A stretch of DNA of 23,118 nt. Origin: Candidatus Dadabacteria bacterium. Its GTDB lineage: Bacteria; Desulfobacterota_D; UBA1144; Nemesobacterales; CSP1-2. How positions within the stretch are numbered: the first letter of the stretch is position 1; the number at the start of each line of letters is the position of its first letter. The position numbers and the translations under genes were made by a program. The notes under the pieces are model-generated. The model had not been told where the DNA came from and ran no database searches. It saw nothing but the letters and a program-made list of their open reading frames with translations. This document shows positions 9,089-18,698 of the stretch, piece after piece. The DNA lies in the NCBI GenBank assembly GCA_040289575.1, contig PSLL01000018.1, forward strand, positions 37,564 through 60,681, in the 5' to 3' direction.

Positions 9089-10363
9089 ATGAGAGTTCTG
9101 GTAATTGGAAGCGGAGGCCGAGAGCATGCGCTTTGTTGGAAGATAAGACAGAGCCCACTTGTGGAAGCCGTCTATTGTGCGCCTGGAGGAGGGGGCATTT
9201 CAAATCATGCTGAATGTGTGGATATAAAGGTCACAGACATAGAGGGACTCCTCAGGTTTGCTAGGGCTGAAGAGATTGATCTTACAGTTGTAGGGCCTGA
9301 GCTTCCTTTGGTGCTCGGTATCGTAGATAGATTTCAAAAAGAAGAGGTTCGAATCTTTGGTCCGACAAAAGCGGCGGCCGAGATTGAAAATAGCAAGGTA
9401 TTTTCAAAAAATCTTATGAAGAAATATGGGATACCTACTGCCTTTTTCTCCACATTTTATAGGTTTGAAGATGCGGTGTCATGGGTAAAAGAGGTAAAAC
9501 CTCCACTTGTTGTAAAAGCTGATGGGCTTGCAGGCGGAAAAGGGGTTCTAATATGTAAGACCGAAAATGAGGCAATAGATGCACTCGATGCGATAATGAG
9601 AGGAAAGATCTTTGGAGATGCTGGAGACAGGGTTGTAATCGAGGAATTCCTTAAGGGTGAGGAGGCATCTTTTCTTGCCTTCACGGATGGTGAGACAGTG
9701 CTTCCTCTTGAATCTTCCCAAGATCACAAGGCACTTCTAGATGGTGATCAAGGCCCAAATACGGGAGGAATGGGTGCATATTCCCCGGCGCCTATAGTAA
9801 CCCCTGAGGTTCATAAAAGAATTATGGAAGAGATAATGATTCCCACTGTGAATGCCCTCAAAGAGGAGGGACGAACATATAAAGGTGTCCTTTACGCAGG
9901 GGTTATGATAGAGGATGGCAGGCCCAAGGTCTTAGAGTTTAACTGTAGGTTTGGCGATCCTGAAACGCAGCCGCTTATGATGAGAATGAAATCTGATATT
10001 GTTCCGATATTAAATGCGGTTGTAGAAGGGGATCTCTCTGGGAAAACAATTGAATGGAAGCCAGAGGCTGCGGTTTGCGTTGTAATGGTATCTCGGGGAT
10101 ACCCGGGTGATTACAAAAAGGGGTTCGAGATCAAGGGACTCAGGAATGTTGAATGTATGGAAGGAGTTGTCGTTTTTCATTCTGGAACCGCCATTCAGGA
10201 TGGAAAGCTTATAACAAATGGCGGCAGGGTGATAGGAGTTACAGCGCTCGGTAAAACTATTCCCAACGCAATTGATCTGGCCTATGGGGCTGTACAGAGG
10301 ATAGATTGCAAATCCCTCTATTATAGAACTGACATAGGGGAAAAAGCACTTAAGTACCTATAG
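9089..10363 (+). CDS. purD: Phosphoribosylamine--glycine ligase
   Basis: VLVIGSGGREHAL, VVKADGLAGGKGV, DHK....D.GPNTGGMGAYSP, EFNCRFGDPETQ and YYRTDIG. Confidence 0.97.
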   Translation: MRVLVIGSGGREHALCWKIRQSPLVEAVYCAPGGGGISNHAECVDIKVTDIEGLLRFARAEEIDLTVVGPELPLVLGIVDRFQKEEVRIFGPTKAAAEIENSKVFSKNLMKKYGIPTAFFSTFYRFEDAVSWVKEVKPPLVVKADGLAGGKGVLICKTENEAIDALDAIMRGKIFGDAGDRVVIEEFLKGEEASFLAFTDGETVLPLESSQDHKALLDGDQGPNTGGMGAYSPAPIVTPEVHKRIMEEIMIPTVNALKEEGRTYKGVLYAGVMIEDGRPKVLEFNCRFGDPETQPLMMRMKSDIVPILNAVVEGDLSGKTIEWKPEAAVCVVMVSRGYPGDYKKGFEIKGLRNVECMEGVVVFHSGTAIQDGKLITNGGRVIGVTALGKTIPNAIDLAYGAVQRIDCKSLYYRTDIGEKALKYL

Positions 10364-10533
10364 ATATGGGTTGTAGAAGGTAATCCTTGTGAAATACTAA
10401 GACACGCAAAAGAAAAAGGCGAATGTCATCCAGCAGGCTCCCCTATGAACTAAGGATAGAGTTCTTGTTTCTATATCGCTCCGGTATTTGATTGGATTTT
10501 AAGGGTCGTATTTGTAAGAGTACTGAGTTTTAT

Positions 10534-10563
10534 TTGACAAGATAAATATTTTATGATTATAAT
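10534..10563 (+). promoter_or_regulatory. Sigma70 promoter of the rpsL (str) operon
   Basis: Consensus TTGACA (10534-10539), 18 bp spacer, TATAAT (10558-10563). An AGGAG ribosome-binding site precedes the rpsL ATG at 10601. Confidence 0.8.
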
Positions 10564-10600
10564 TTAAGATTCACTTTAGTTTTATAGGAGACAGTAGTTA

Positions 10601-10972
10601 ATGCCCACGATCAACCAGCTTGTCAAAGAAGGGAGGGAGCAGCTAAAGAAGAAGAGCAAAGCCCCTGCACTCCAGGGCTGTTCTCAAAAAAGGGGCGTAT
10701 GTGTCAGGGTATATACTACTACTCCAAAAAAGCCCAATTCGGCTCTGAGGAAGGTTGCTCGTGTGAGGCTTACTAATGGCATTGAGATAACAGGCTATAT
10801 CCCCGGCGAAGGACATTCTCTCCAGGAACACTCTGTTGTCCTCATAAGAGGTGGTAGGGTAAAGGATCTGCCGGGTGTAAGATACCATATCGTAAGGGGT
10901 ACACTGGATGCGACCGGCGTACAGAACAGGAGAAAGAGCCGCTCGAAGTACGGTGCTAAGAGGCCCAAATAA
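10601..10972 (+). CDS. rpsL: 30S ribosomal protein S12
   Basis: [40 protein letters not shown]. Confidence 0.99.
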   Translation: MPTINQLVKEGREQLKKKSKAPALQGCSQKRGVCVRVYTTTPKKPNSALRKVARVRLTNGIEITGYIPGEGHSLQEHSVVLIRGGRVKDLPGVRYHIVRGTLDATGVQNRRKSRSKYGAKRPK

Positions 10973-11049
10973 AGAGCGTTGTTTCGGGCCGTGTTAGGTA
11001 AACCGATTAATAAGTAGTGAAGAAATAGGAATTAGAAGGGAAAATCGAG

Positions 11050-11520
11050 ATGTCACGAAAAGGTTCAGTTTCAAAGAAAAGGACTTATGTCGATCCTAAA
11101 TACGGCGATTTGACTATAGCAAAGTTCATAAATTCACTCATGTATGATGGCAAAAAGAGCAAAGCCGAGAGACTCTTCTATAGAGCCATTGATATAGTGG
11201 GCGAAAAGATGGGGAAAGACCCAATTGAGGTATTTCGTACAGCAATGGAAAATGTAAAACCTCTAATCGAGGTAAGACCGCGCAGGGTTGGTGGAGCTAC
11301 ATACCAGGTCCCGGTTGAGGTAAATCCGTTTCGACGTCAGTCCCTTGCTATAAGGTGGATGATTAACGCGGCAAGGAGTAGGCAAGGGAAGTCAATGGAA
11401 GAGAAGCTTTCGGCAGAGATTATGGAAGCGGCTCAGGGGCGCGGAGGAGCTATTAAGAAGAGGGAAGATGTACAAAAGATGGCTGAAGCCAACAGGGCTT
11501 TTGCCCATTATCGTTGGTAG
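11050..11520 (+). CDS. rpsG: 30S ribosomal protein S7
   Basis: [34 protein letters not shown]. Confidence 0.99.
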   Translation: MSRKGSVSKKRTYVDPKYGDLTIAKFINSLMYDGKKSKAERLFYRAIDIVGEKMGKDPIEVFRTAMENVKPLIEVRPRRVGGATYQVPVEVNPFRRQSLAIRWMINAARSRQGKSMEEKLSAEIMEAAQGRGGAIKKREDVQKMAEANRAFAHYRW

Positions 11521-11538
11521 ATTTAGGGGGAAAGAGAA

Positions 11539-13617
11539 TTGAGCAATATAGATATAAAGAAGACTAGAAATATTGGGATTGTTGCCCATATAGATGCGGG
11601 AAAAACTACGACTACAGAGCGCATACTCTACTATACGGGTCTTACATATAAAATAGGTGAAGTCCATGAGGGCACTGCCACAATGGACTGGATGGAGCAA
11701 GAAAGGGAGCGTGGAATTACAATTACCTCCGCTACGACTACATGTTTTTGGCGTGATCACAGGATAAATATCATTGATACACCGGGACATGTGGATTTTA
11801 CAATTGAGGTCGAAAGGTCTCTTAAGGTGCTCGATGGCACAGTTGTTGTTTTCGACGGTGTAGGAGGGGTTGAGCCGCAGTCTGAAACGGTATGGCGTCA
11901 GGCCGACCGATATGCGGTTCCTCGAATTGCTTTTGTAAATAAGATGGATCGGATAGGGGCGGATTTCTTCAGGGTTATTGATCAGATTAAAAATAGATTA
12001 AATTCTAATCCTGTTTTTGTTCAAATTCCATGGGTTGAAGACGACGAGTTCAAGGGAATAATTGATCTTTTAGATATGAAGCTCATAGTCTGGGATGAAG
12101 ACTCTTTTGGGTCTCAATACGAGTTTGTAGAGATCCCGGATAAAGTAAAAGGCGAGGCTGCCAAAGACAGGGAAAAGCTCATCGAGTCCATTGCCGATTT
12201 AGATGAGGGAGTGATGGAGAAATATCTCAATGGACAGTCCATTACAAAAGAGCAGATAAAAAGCGTTCTAAGAAAATCCACTATTGAAATAAAGGCGGTT
12301 CCGGTTTTATGCGGTTCCGCGTTTAAAAATAAGGGTATTCAGACTCTTCTTGATGCAGTTGTGGATTACCTTCCTTCTCCAATAGATTTGCCGCCGGTTA
12401 AGGGAATAAATCCATATAATGGTCAGGAAGAAATCAGGCGCCCGGAAGAAACCGATCCATTTTCTGCGCTTGCATTTAAAATAATGACCGATCCATTTGT
12501 CGGACAGCTTACATATCTTAGGGTGTACTCAGGAAAGCTCAGTGCCGGAACCACTGTTTACAATTCAACGAAGGGCACAAGAGAGAAGATCGGAAGGCTC
12601 CTTCGAATGCACGCAAACAAGCGTGAGGAGATTAAGGAGGTAAGCGCGGGGGATATTGCCGCCGCTGTCGGTCTTAGAAACACAACTACGGGCGATACAC
12701 TCTCAGATGAAAAAAAGCCCATAATTCTCGAAAGCCTTCAATTTCCTCAGTCGGTCATCTCTGTTGCAATTGAACCGAAGACCAAGGCCGACCAGGAAAA
12801 GCTGGGGATTTCTCTCGGCAAGCTCGCAATTGAAGACCCTTCTTTTAAGGTGAGATACGACGAAGAGACTGGACAGACAATCATATCGGGTATGGGAGAG
12901 CTTCACTTAGAGATAATCGTTGATCGCCTAAGACGTGAATTCAAGGTGGATGCAAATGTTGGGAAGCCCCAAGTAGCGTATAGAGAAACAATTACCGTGC
13001 CTGCTCAGGCGGAGGGAAAATTCATCCGTCAGACAGGGGGACGCGGTCAGTACGGTCATGTAAAGATCAGGGTGGAGCCACGTGAAAGAGAAAGTGGATT
13101 CGAATTCATAGATGAGATTAAGGCCGGGGCGATTCCGAAGGAGTACATACCTGCTGTAGAGAAGGGTATTAAGGAGGCAATGGAGACAGGCGTTATAGCT
13201 GGGTATCCGGTTGTTGACATTGCAGTTAGACTCTATGATGGCTCTTATCACGAGGTGGATTCATCGGAGATTGCATTTAAGATTGCGGCATCTATGGCAT
13301 TTAAGGACGCCATAAGGCGCGCAGGGGCTATAATACTTGAGCCTGTTATGAGTGTTGAGGTTGTTGTACCCGAGGAGTTTATGGGGGCTGTAATCGGAGA
13401 CCTAAGTTCAAGGAGAGGGAAGATATTAGGCACGGAGCTTCGAGGGGGAATGCAGGCTATAAAAGCCGAGGTGCCCCTTGCAGAGATGTTTGGATACGCA
13501 ACCAATCTGAGGTCTATGACTGAAGGGCGGGGAACATTTACAATGGAGTTCTCTCACTACTCCAATGTTCCTGAGATGCTCTCTGAGGGAATTAAAGCCA
13601 GAGTAAAGGGTGTGTAA
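11539..13617 (+). CDS. fusA: Elongation factor G (TTG start)
   Basis: [48 protein letters not shown] start follows a GGGGG ribosome-binding site. Confidence 0.99.
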   Translation: MSNIDIKKTRNIGIVAHIDAGKTTTTERILYYTGLTYKIGEVHEGTATMDWMEQERERGITITSATTTCFWRDHRINIIDTPGHVDFTIEVERSLKVLDGTVVVFDGVGGVEPQSETVWRQADRYAVPRIAFVNKMDRIGADFFRVIDQIKNRLNSNPVFVQIPWVEDDEFKGIIDLLDMKLIVWDEDSFGSQYEFVEIPDKVKGEAAKDREKLIESIADLDEGVMEKYLNGQSITKEQIKSVLRKSTIEIKAVPVLCGSAFKNKGIQTLLDAVVDYLPSPIDLPPVKGINPYNGQEEIRRPEETDPFSALAFKIMTDPFVGQLTYLRVYSGKLSAGTTVYNSTKGTREKIGRLLRMHANKREEIKEVSAGDIAAAVGLRNTTTGDTLSDEKKPIILESLQFPQSVISVAIEPKTKADQEKLGISLGKLAIEDPSFKVRYDEETGQTIISGMGELHLEIIVDRLRREFKVDANVGKPQVAYRETITVPAQAEGKFIRQTGGRGQYGHVKIRVEPRERESGFEFIDEIKAGAIPKEYIPAVEKGIKEAMETGVIAGYPVVDIAVRLYDGSYHEVDSSEIAFKIAASMAFKDAIRRAGAIILEPVMSVEVVVPEEFMGAVIGDLSSRRGKILGTELRGGMQAIKAEVPLAEMFGYATNLRSMTEGRGTFTMEFSHYSNVPEMLSEGIKARVKGV

Positions 13618-13666
13618 TCTATAAAATGTATATCGGGGCCAGCTAGCTAAAAAGGAGAAGAAGGTT

Positions 13667-14851
13667 ATGGCGAAGCAGAGGTTTGAGAGGAAGAAGCCAC
13701 ATTTAAACATAGGGACAATAGGGCATGTAGATCACGGCAAGACGACACTGACAGCGGCGATAACGAAGATATTAGAGAGGAGGGGGATGGCCAAGTTCAT
13801 ACCATTTGATGAGATAGACAAGGCACCTGAGGAGAAGGAGAGGGGGATAACGATAAACATAGCACATGTGGAGTATGAGACTGAGCGTAGGCATTATGCG
13901 CATGTGGATTGTCCTGGGCATGCTGATTATGTAAAGAATATGATTACTGGGGCGGCACAGATGGATGGGGCGATATTGGTGGTCAGTGCTCCTGATGGGC
14001 CGATGCCGCAGACGAGGGAGCATATACTGCTGGCTAGGCAGGTGGGGGTGCCGTACATAGTGGTGTGTTTGAACAAGGTGGATGCTATGGATGACCCAGA
14101 ACTGCTGGATTTAGTGGAGTTGGAGGTAAGGGAGTTGTTGACGAAGTATGGGTTTCCTGGGGATGAGATACCGATAGTGAGGGTAAGTGCGCTGAAGGCG
14201 CTGGAGGGGGATGCGGAGGCGGAGAAGCAGGTATTGGAGTTGATGGAAGCGGTAGACAGGTATGTACCTGAGCCTGTGAGGGATGTGGACAAGCCATTTT
14301 TGATGGCAATAGAGGATGTATTTACGATATCGGGTAGGGGTACGGTTGTAACAGGGAGGCTAGAGAGGGGGAGGATAAAGGCTGGGGATGAGGTAGAGAT
14401 AGTGGGTTTTAGGGATACGAGGAGGACAGTTGCAACTAGTTTGGAGATGTTCAGGAAGATACTCGATGATGCGGTGGCAGGGGATAATGTAGGGGTGTTG
14501 TTAAGGGGGATAGGGAAGGATGAGGTAGAGAGGGGGCAGGTGTTAGCGGCCCCTGGGAGTATAACTCCTCATACAAGGTTTAAGGCGGAGGTATATGTAT
14601 TGACAAAGGAGGAGGGGGGTAGGCATACACCGTTTTTCACTGGGTATAGGCCACAGTTTTATTTAAGGACTACGGATGTTACAGGGAGTATAAAGTTGCC
14701 TGAGGGGGTAGAGATGGTAATGCCTGGGGATAATGTGAATATGGAAGTGGAGTTGATAGCGCCGGTAGCAATGGAGGAGGGTTTGAGGTTTGCGATAAGG
14801 GAGGGTGGGAGGACTGTTGGTGCTGGGGTTGTAACTAAAATCATTCAATGA
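13667..14851 (+). CDS. tuf: Elongation factor Tu
   Basis: [52 protein letters not shown]. Confidence 0.99.
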   Translation: MAKQRFERKKPHLNIGTIGHVDHGKTTLTAAITKILERRGMAKFIPFDEIDKAPEEKERGITINIAHVEYETERRHYAHVDCPGHADYVKNMITGAAQMDGAILVVSAPDGPMPQTREHILLARQVGVPYIVVCLNKVDAMDDPELLDLVELEVRELLTKYGFPGDEIPIVRVSALKALEGDAEAEKQVLELMEAVDRYVPEPVRDVDKPFLMAIEDVFTISGRGTVVTGRLERGRIKAGDEVEIVGFRDTRRTVATSLEMFRKILDDAVAGDNVGVLLRGIGKDEVERGQVLAAPGSITPHTRFKAEVYVLTKEEGGRHTPFFTGYRPQFYLRTTDVTGSIKLPEGVEMVMPGDNVNMEVELIAPVAMEEGLRFAIREGGRTVGAGVVTKIIQ

Positions 14852-14861
14852 GGAGTTCTAA

Positions 14862-15020
14862 ATGGGAGATAACGTAGTGGTCATTGCCCTTGCTTGTAGC
14901 GATTGTAAGAGAAGAAACTATTCAACGAAGAAGAACAAGCAGACACACAAAGAGAAAATAGAACTCAAAAAATACTGCAGATGGTGCAAACATCACACCC
15001 TTCATAAGGAGACTAAATAG
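14862..15020 (+). CDS. rpmG: 50S ribosomal protein L33 (zinc-ribbon, C+ form), 52 aa
   Basis: Below the ORF-track cutoff. Hand translation [52 protein letters not shown] has two CxxC pairs. An AGGAG site overlaps the tuf stop; canonical position after tuf. Confidence 0.97.
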   Translation: MGDNVVVIALACSDCKRRNYSTKKNKQTHKEKIELKKYCRWCKHHTLHKETK

Positions 15021-15065
15021 GCTATAGAAGAAAAATCTAAGAGATTGCCAAAGGAGTGGGACTTA

Positions 15066-15139
15066 AGGGCAGTAGCTCAACTTGGTAGAGCACTGGACTC
15101 CAAATCCAGCGGTTGGGGGTTCGAGTCCCTCCTGCCCTG
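15066..15139 (+). tRNA. trnW: tRNA-Trp (CCA anticodon); 3' CCA not encoded
   Basis: Acceptor stem AGGGCAG/CTGCCCT, D arm GCTC..TGGTA..GAGC, anticodon arm CTGGA-CTCCAAA-TCCAG, T arm GGGGG-TTCGAGT-CCCTC, discriminator G followed by TAA. Canonical position between rpmG and secE. Confidence 0.97.
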
Positions 15140-15238
15140 TAATACTGATGAGGGCTAGCCACAGATAATACAGATTTTGTAGAAGTATTTAATTTTCTTC
15201 ATATATGCTCTGTATTGCCAATGGCTAAGAGGAAATAG

Positions 15239-15442
15239 ATGGAAAGAGTAAGAGAAGTCATAGATAGAACCATACAGTTCTTCAAAGACGTTCAAGTTGA
15301 GATGAAGCGTATATCATGGCCTGCAGTTAAGGAAACAGTGCGCTCGACCGGGGCTGTGATTTTTATTTCAATTCTTCTTGCGTCTTTCTTAGGATTGGTA
15401 GACTTTTTGTTTTCATTATTGGTTAAGTATATCCTGACTTAG
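15239..15442 (+). CDS. secE: Preprotein translocase subunit SecE
   Basis: FFKDVQVEMKRISWP motif plus one transmembrane helix; lies between tRNA-Trp and nusG. Confidence 0.95.
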   Translation: MERVREVIDRTIQFFKDVQVEMKRISWPAVKETVRSTGAVIFISILLASFLGLVDFLFSLLVKYILT

Positions 15443-15467
15443 GGGATAACGTAACGAAGGAATACGT

Positions 15468-16028
15468 ATGACTAAGAGAAGGTGGTATGTGGTTCATATA
15501 AATACTGGCTTTGAAGATAGAGTAAAAACATTGATTGAAGAAAGAGTCAAATTGGAGGGGCTTGAGGATTTAATTCATGAGGTATTAGTTCCAACTGAAA
15601 CTATTGTTGAGCCGACAAAAGTCGGGAGAAAAAAGACCTCGGTTAGGAGATTTTTCCCAGGATATATTCTGGTCAATATGGAGCTTAATGATAGAAGCTG
15701 GCATTTTATAAGAAGCATACCAAAGGTAATAGGGTTCGTAGGCGGTAAACTCAAAGAGGGAAAGATTGATCCCGATTCAGTCCCCGACATAGATGAAAAA
15801 GAGGTTATGAAGATAAAGAGGCAGATAGAAGAAGGAACCCTGAAACCGAAGCCGAGGCTTACATTTGAGAAGGGAGAGACTATAAGGGTTGTAGAGGGTC
15901 CTTTTGCGAATTTCTCTGGTGTTATTGAAGAGGTAAAGCCTGAAAAGGGAAAGGTTCAGGTTCTTGTTACCATATTTGGTAGAACGACGCCGATAGAGCT
16001 GGATTTTAATCAAGTGGAGAAGATATAG
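15468..16028 (+). CDS. nusG: Transcription termination/antitermination factor NusG
   Basis: [19 protein letters not shown] motif [26 protein letters not shown]. Confidence 0.98.
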   Translation: MTKRRWYVVHINTGFEDRVKTLIEERVKLEGLEDLIHEVLVPTETIVEPTKVGRKKTSVRRFFPGYILVNMELNDRSWHFIRSIPKVIGFVGGKLKEGKIDPDSVPDIDEKEVMKIKRQIEEGTLKPKPRLTFEKGETIRVVEGPFANFSGVIEEVKPEKGKVQVLVTIFGRTTPIELDFNQVEKI

Positions 16029-16029
16029 A

Positions 16030-16446
16030 ATGAAAAAGGTGATCGGAGAGGTAAAACTTCTAGTCCCTGCGGGAAAGGCGACGCCTTCGCCTCCTGTAGG
16101 TCCTGCCCTCGGACAAAGAGGGATAAATATAATGGAGTTCTGTAAAGGATTTAATGCCCAGACGTCAAAGATGGAGGGCATTTTGCCTGTTATAGTAACC
16201 GTTTATGCAGACAGGTCGTTTTCATTTATAATCAAGACTCCCCCTGTGTCATATCTGCTGAAGAAGGCCGCTGGCATTGACAAGGGTTCAGGCGAGGTGC
16301 CGAGGGTAAAAAAAGGGAAGGTAACGAAGGCTCAGGTAAGGGAAATAGCCAACCTCAAGCTCCCCGACCTCAATACCGATGATGTCGAGTCCGCAATGAG
16401 AATAGTTGAGGGAACGGCAAGGAGCATGGGGATTGATGTTGCATAG
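16030..16446 (+). CDS. rplK: 50S ribosomal protein L11
   Basis: [38 protein letters not shown]. Confidence 0.99.
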   Translation: MKKVIGEVKLLVPAGKATPSPPVGPALGQRGINIMEFCKGFNAQTSKMEGILPVIVTVYADRSFSFIIKTPPVSYLLKKAAGIDKGSGEVPRVKKGKVTKAQVREIANLKLPDLNTDDVESAMRIVEGTARSMGIDVA

Positions 16447-16450
16447 TAAC

Positions 16451-16508
16451 ATGATGCAGGATACAAGATAAAAACATAATGTATCATAAATCGTGCATCT
16501 TGCATCAT
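16451..16508. repeat. Imperfect inverted repeat built from GAT(G/A)CA(G/A)-type heptamer units, between rplK and rplA
   Basis: ATGATGCAGGATACAAGAT (16451-16469) matches the reverse complement of ATCGTGCATCTTGCATCAT (16490-16508) at 16 of 19 positions. Confidence 0.75.
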
Positions 16509-16548
16509 CTCGTTGCTAAACAGTGAGTGAATGTTAAGGAGACAGATA

Positions 16549-17271
16549 ATGGCAAGGGGTAAAAGGTATCTACAAGTTAGAGAAAAGGTTGATTCGGCAA
16601 AGCTCTATACAGTTGAAGAAGCGATAGACCTTATTGAGAAAACCAAGACCGCTAAGTTTGATGAGACTGTTGAGGTTACGGTTAAGCTCGGTATTGATCC
16701 ACGCCAGGCCGACCAACAGGTTCGAGGCGCTGTGGTTTTGCCCTATGGAACGGGCAGAAGCGTAAGGGTGCTAGTCTTTGCAAAAGGAGAAAAGGTCAAA
16801 GAGGCACAGGAAGCCGGGGCCGATTATGTCGGTGCCGAAGACTTGATTGATAAGATCTCCAAAGAGAACTGGCTCGATTTTGATGTTGCAATTGCAACAC
16901 CGGATGTAATGAGCCTTGTTGGGAAACTCGGTAAGATCCTTGGCCCAAGGGGACTTATGCCGAGTCCAAAGGTAGGCACGGTCACGTTTGAAGTGGCAAA
17001 GGCTGTAAAAGAGGCAAAGGCGGGCAGGATCGAGGTTAAGAACGATAAGGGCGGAGTGGTCCATGGCCCAATTGGAAAGGTTTCTTTCAGTCCAGCCAAG
17101 CTCAAGGGCAACTTTCTCATGTTCATGGATACAATCACAAGAATGAAGCCTCCTTCTTCAAAGGGGACTTTCATTAAAAAGATCGTGCTTTCAAACACCA
17201 TGGGCCCTGGAATAAAGGTTGACCCAGTAAGTGTCCGCGATGCACTAAAGGAATTTGAAGCGGCGGCGTAG
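16549..17271 (+). CDS. rplA: 50S ribosomal protein L1
   Basis: [43 protein letters not shown]. The ATG at 16549 follows AGGAG and is preferred over 16531. Confidence 0.98.
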   Translation: MARGKRYLQVREKVDSAKLYTVEEAIDLIEKTKTAKFDETVEVTVKLGIDPRQADQQVRGAVVLPYGTGRSVRVLVFAKGEKVKEAQEAGADYVGAEDLIDKISKENWLDFDVAIATPDVMSLVGKLGKILGPRGLMPSPKVGTVTFEVAKAVKEAKAGRIEVKNDKGGVVHGPIGKVSFSPAKLKGNFLMFMDTITRMKPPSSKGTFIKKIVLSNTMGPGIKVDPVSVRDALKEFEAAA

Positions 17272-17279
17272 GAAAGAAA

Positions 17280-17333
17280 GATGGATAATACAAGAGGGTT
17301 CTTATACGCATCGTGTATCTTGTATAATTCATC
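17280..17333. repeat. Imperfect inverted repeat related to the 16451-16508 element, between rplA and rplJ
   Basis: GATGGATAATACAAGA (17280-17295) matches the reverse complement of TCTTGTATAATTCATC (17318-17333) at 14 of 16 positions. Shares ATCGTG(C/T)ATCTTG(C/T)AT with the first element. Confidence 0.65.
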
Positions 17334-17352
17334 GTTTTAAAGGAGCAGAAAG

Positions 17353-17880
17353 ATGCTAAGCAAGGCTCAGAAGCAAGAGCTCGTAAGAGAGTTTAATGAG
17401 AGGTTTAGGTCTAATCCTTCTCTTTTTGTTGTAGAGTACAAGGGGCTTTCTGTAAAGGATATGGAGAAGCTGAGGCGCCACCTCAAAAAGGCTGGGGCCG
17501 ATTTCAGGGTCACAAAGAACACTCTTCTTAAAATCGCATCCCATGAAACCGATGTTGAGAAGATAAAAGACCTCTTTGATGGTCCGACGGCAGTTGCTAT
17601 ATGCAGAGAGGACCCTGTGTCAGTTGCCAGGGTTTTTACAGAATCCGTCAAGGAATTGCCGGTACTTAAACTAAAGGGTGGAATCGTTGAAGGCAGGATA
17701 ATAGGGATTGATGAGGTATCAAAACTGTCACAGCTTCCATCGAGAGAGGTGCTTCTTGCACAGCTTTTAGGGCTTCTCTCAAGTCCGATATCCAATTTTA
17801 TGGGAACTCTTATGGAGCTTCAGAGGCGTTTACTCTATGTTCTTAGTGCAGTTAAAGAGATGAAAGAAAAAAATGGATAA
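17353..17880 (+). CDS. rplJ: 50S ribosomal protein L10
   Basis: [36 protein letters not shown] ribosome-binding site. Confidence 0.97.
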   Translation: MLSKAQKQELVREFNERFRSNPSLFVVEYKGLSVKDMEKLRRHLKKAGADFRVTKNTLLKIASHETDVEKIKDLFDGPTAVAICREDPVSVARVFTESVKELPVLKLKGGIVEGRIIGIDEVSKLSQLPSREVLLAQLLGLLSSPISNFMGTLMELQRRLLYVLSAVKEMKEKNG

Positions 17881-17927
17881 AATTAGGGATGGTATCCCTA
17901 CCAAAATTCAAAGGAGGCTTTAAGAAA

Positions 17928-18323
17928 ATGGCAGAGGTTACAAGAGCTGATGTTATATCATATATTGAGCGCGCAAGTATGCTCGAGATCTCGGAGCTAA
18001 TAAAAGAGATTGAGGAGAAGTTTGGCGTAAAGGCTGCCGCTCCTCAAGTGGCGATGGTCTCCGCTGGAAGCGGCATCGGAGCGGCTGAGACAAAGGCGGC
18101 CGAGGCCGAAAAGACGGAGTTCAGCGTAGTGCTGAAGGCTGCGGGAGACAATAAGATTCAAGTGATTAAAGTTATAAGGGAACTTACTGCACTCGGTCTC
18201 AAGGAGGCTAAGGAGTTTGTAGAAGGCGCTCCTAAGACCGTAAAAGAGGGTGTGAAGAAAGAGGAAGCGGAGGCTATGAAGAAGAAGCTAGAAGAGGCTG
18301 GAGCAACGGTAGAAATCAGTTAA
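17928..18323 (+). CDS. rplL: 50S ribosomal protein L7/L12
   Basis: [35 protein letters not shown]. The ATG at 17928 follows AAGGAGG and is preferred over 17889. Confidence 0.98.
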   Translation: MAEVTRADVISYIERASMLEISELIKEIEEKFGVKAAAPQVAMVSAGSGIGAAETKAAEAEKTEFSVVLKAAGDNKIQVIKVIRELTALGLKEAKEFVEGAPKTVKEGVKKEEAEAMKKKLEEAGATVEIS

Positions 18324-18620
18324 GATATATTAGAAATTGCGGAGATTAAGACCCAAGCGATTACGACTACAAGATGTAGCGACTGACCATTTCTTTGGTT
18401 TGTGCTTATTCGACGGCTCGGCTGGCCATTCAATCCATTCGACAGGTTCAAAAGCGCTCATAGCGGACAGGCTTACTGTTTGTGTCTGAGTCAGTTGGAT
18501 CAAAAAAGGCTTGATCGGGAGCGGATAAAATAGTCTTGGTCAGGAGGAGAAGAGATAACTGACCGGCAGTCCCATTTAATAAACTTAGGACAAGAGGTTG
18601 GTCAGAGAGAATAAAGGTTT

Positions 18621-18654
18621 ATCCCTTTAGATCAGGGATTTTTGTCATTTTTTT
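18621..18654 (+). terminator. Possible intrinsic terminator/attenuator between rplL and rpoB
   Basis: Stem ATCCCT (18621-18626) / AGGGAT (18634-18639) with a 7 nt loop, followed by TTTTGTCATTTTTTT. Confidence 0.5.
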
Positions 18655-18698
18655 AAGCCTTCTTGAGTTTTAAATTTAAAGAAAGGGGGAGAGATAAA

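Noticed and set aside
13772..14848. Several antisense ORFs inside tuf, including Pro/His-rich ones
   Set aside because: A by-product of tuf's G-rich, C-poor codon bias, which removes antisense stop codons.
15221..15238. Mini-ORF ATG GCT AAG AGG AAA TAG (MAKRK) in frame with and abutting secE, suggesting amber readthrough
   Set aside because: It contains the secE ribosome-binding site (AAGAGGA). TAG acts as a normal stop for rpsG, rpmG, nusG, rplK and rplA, so there is no evidence of recoding.
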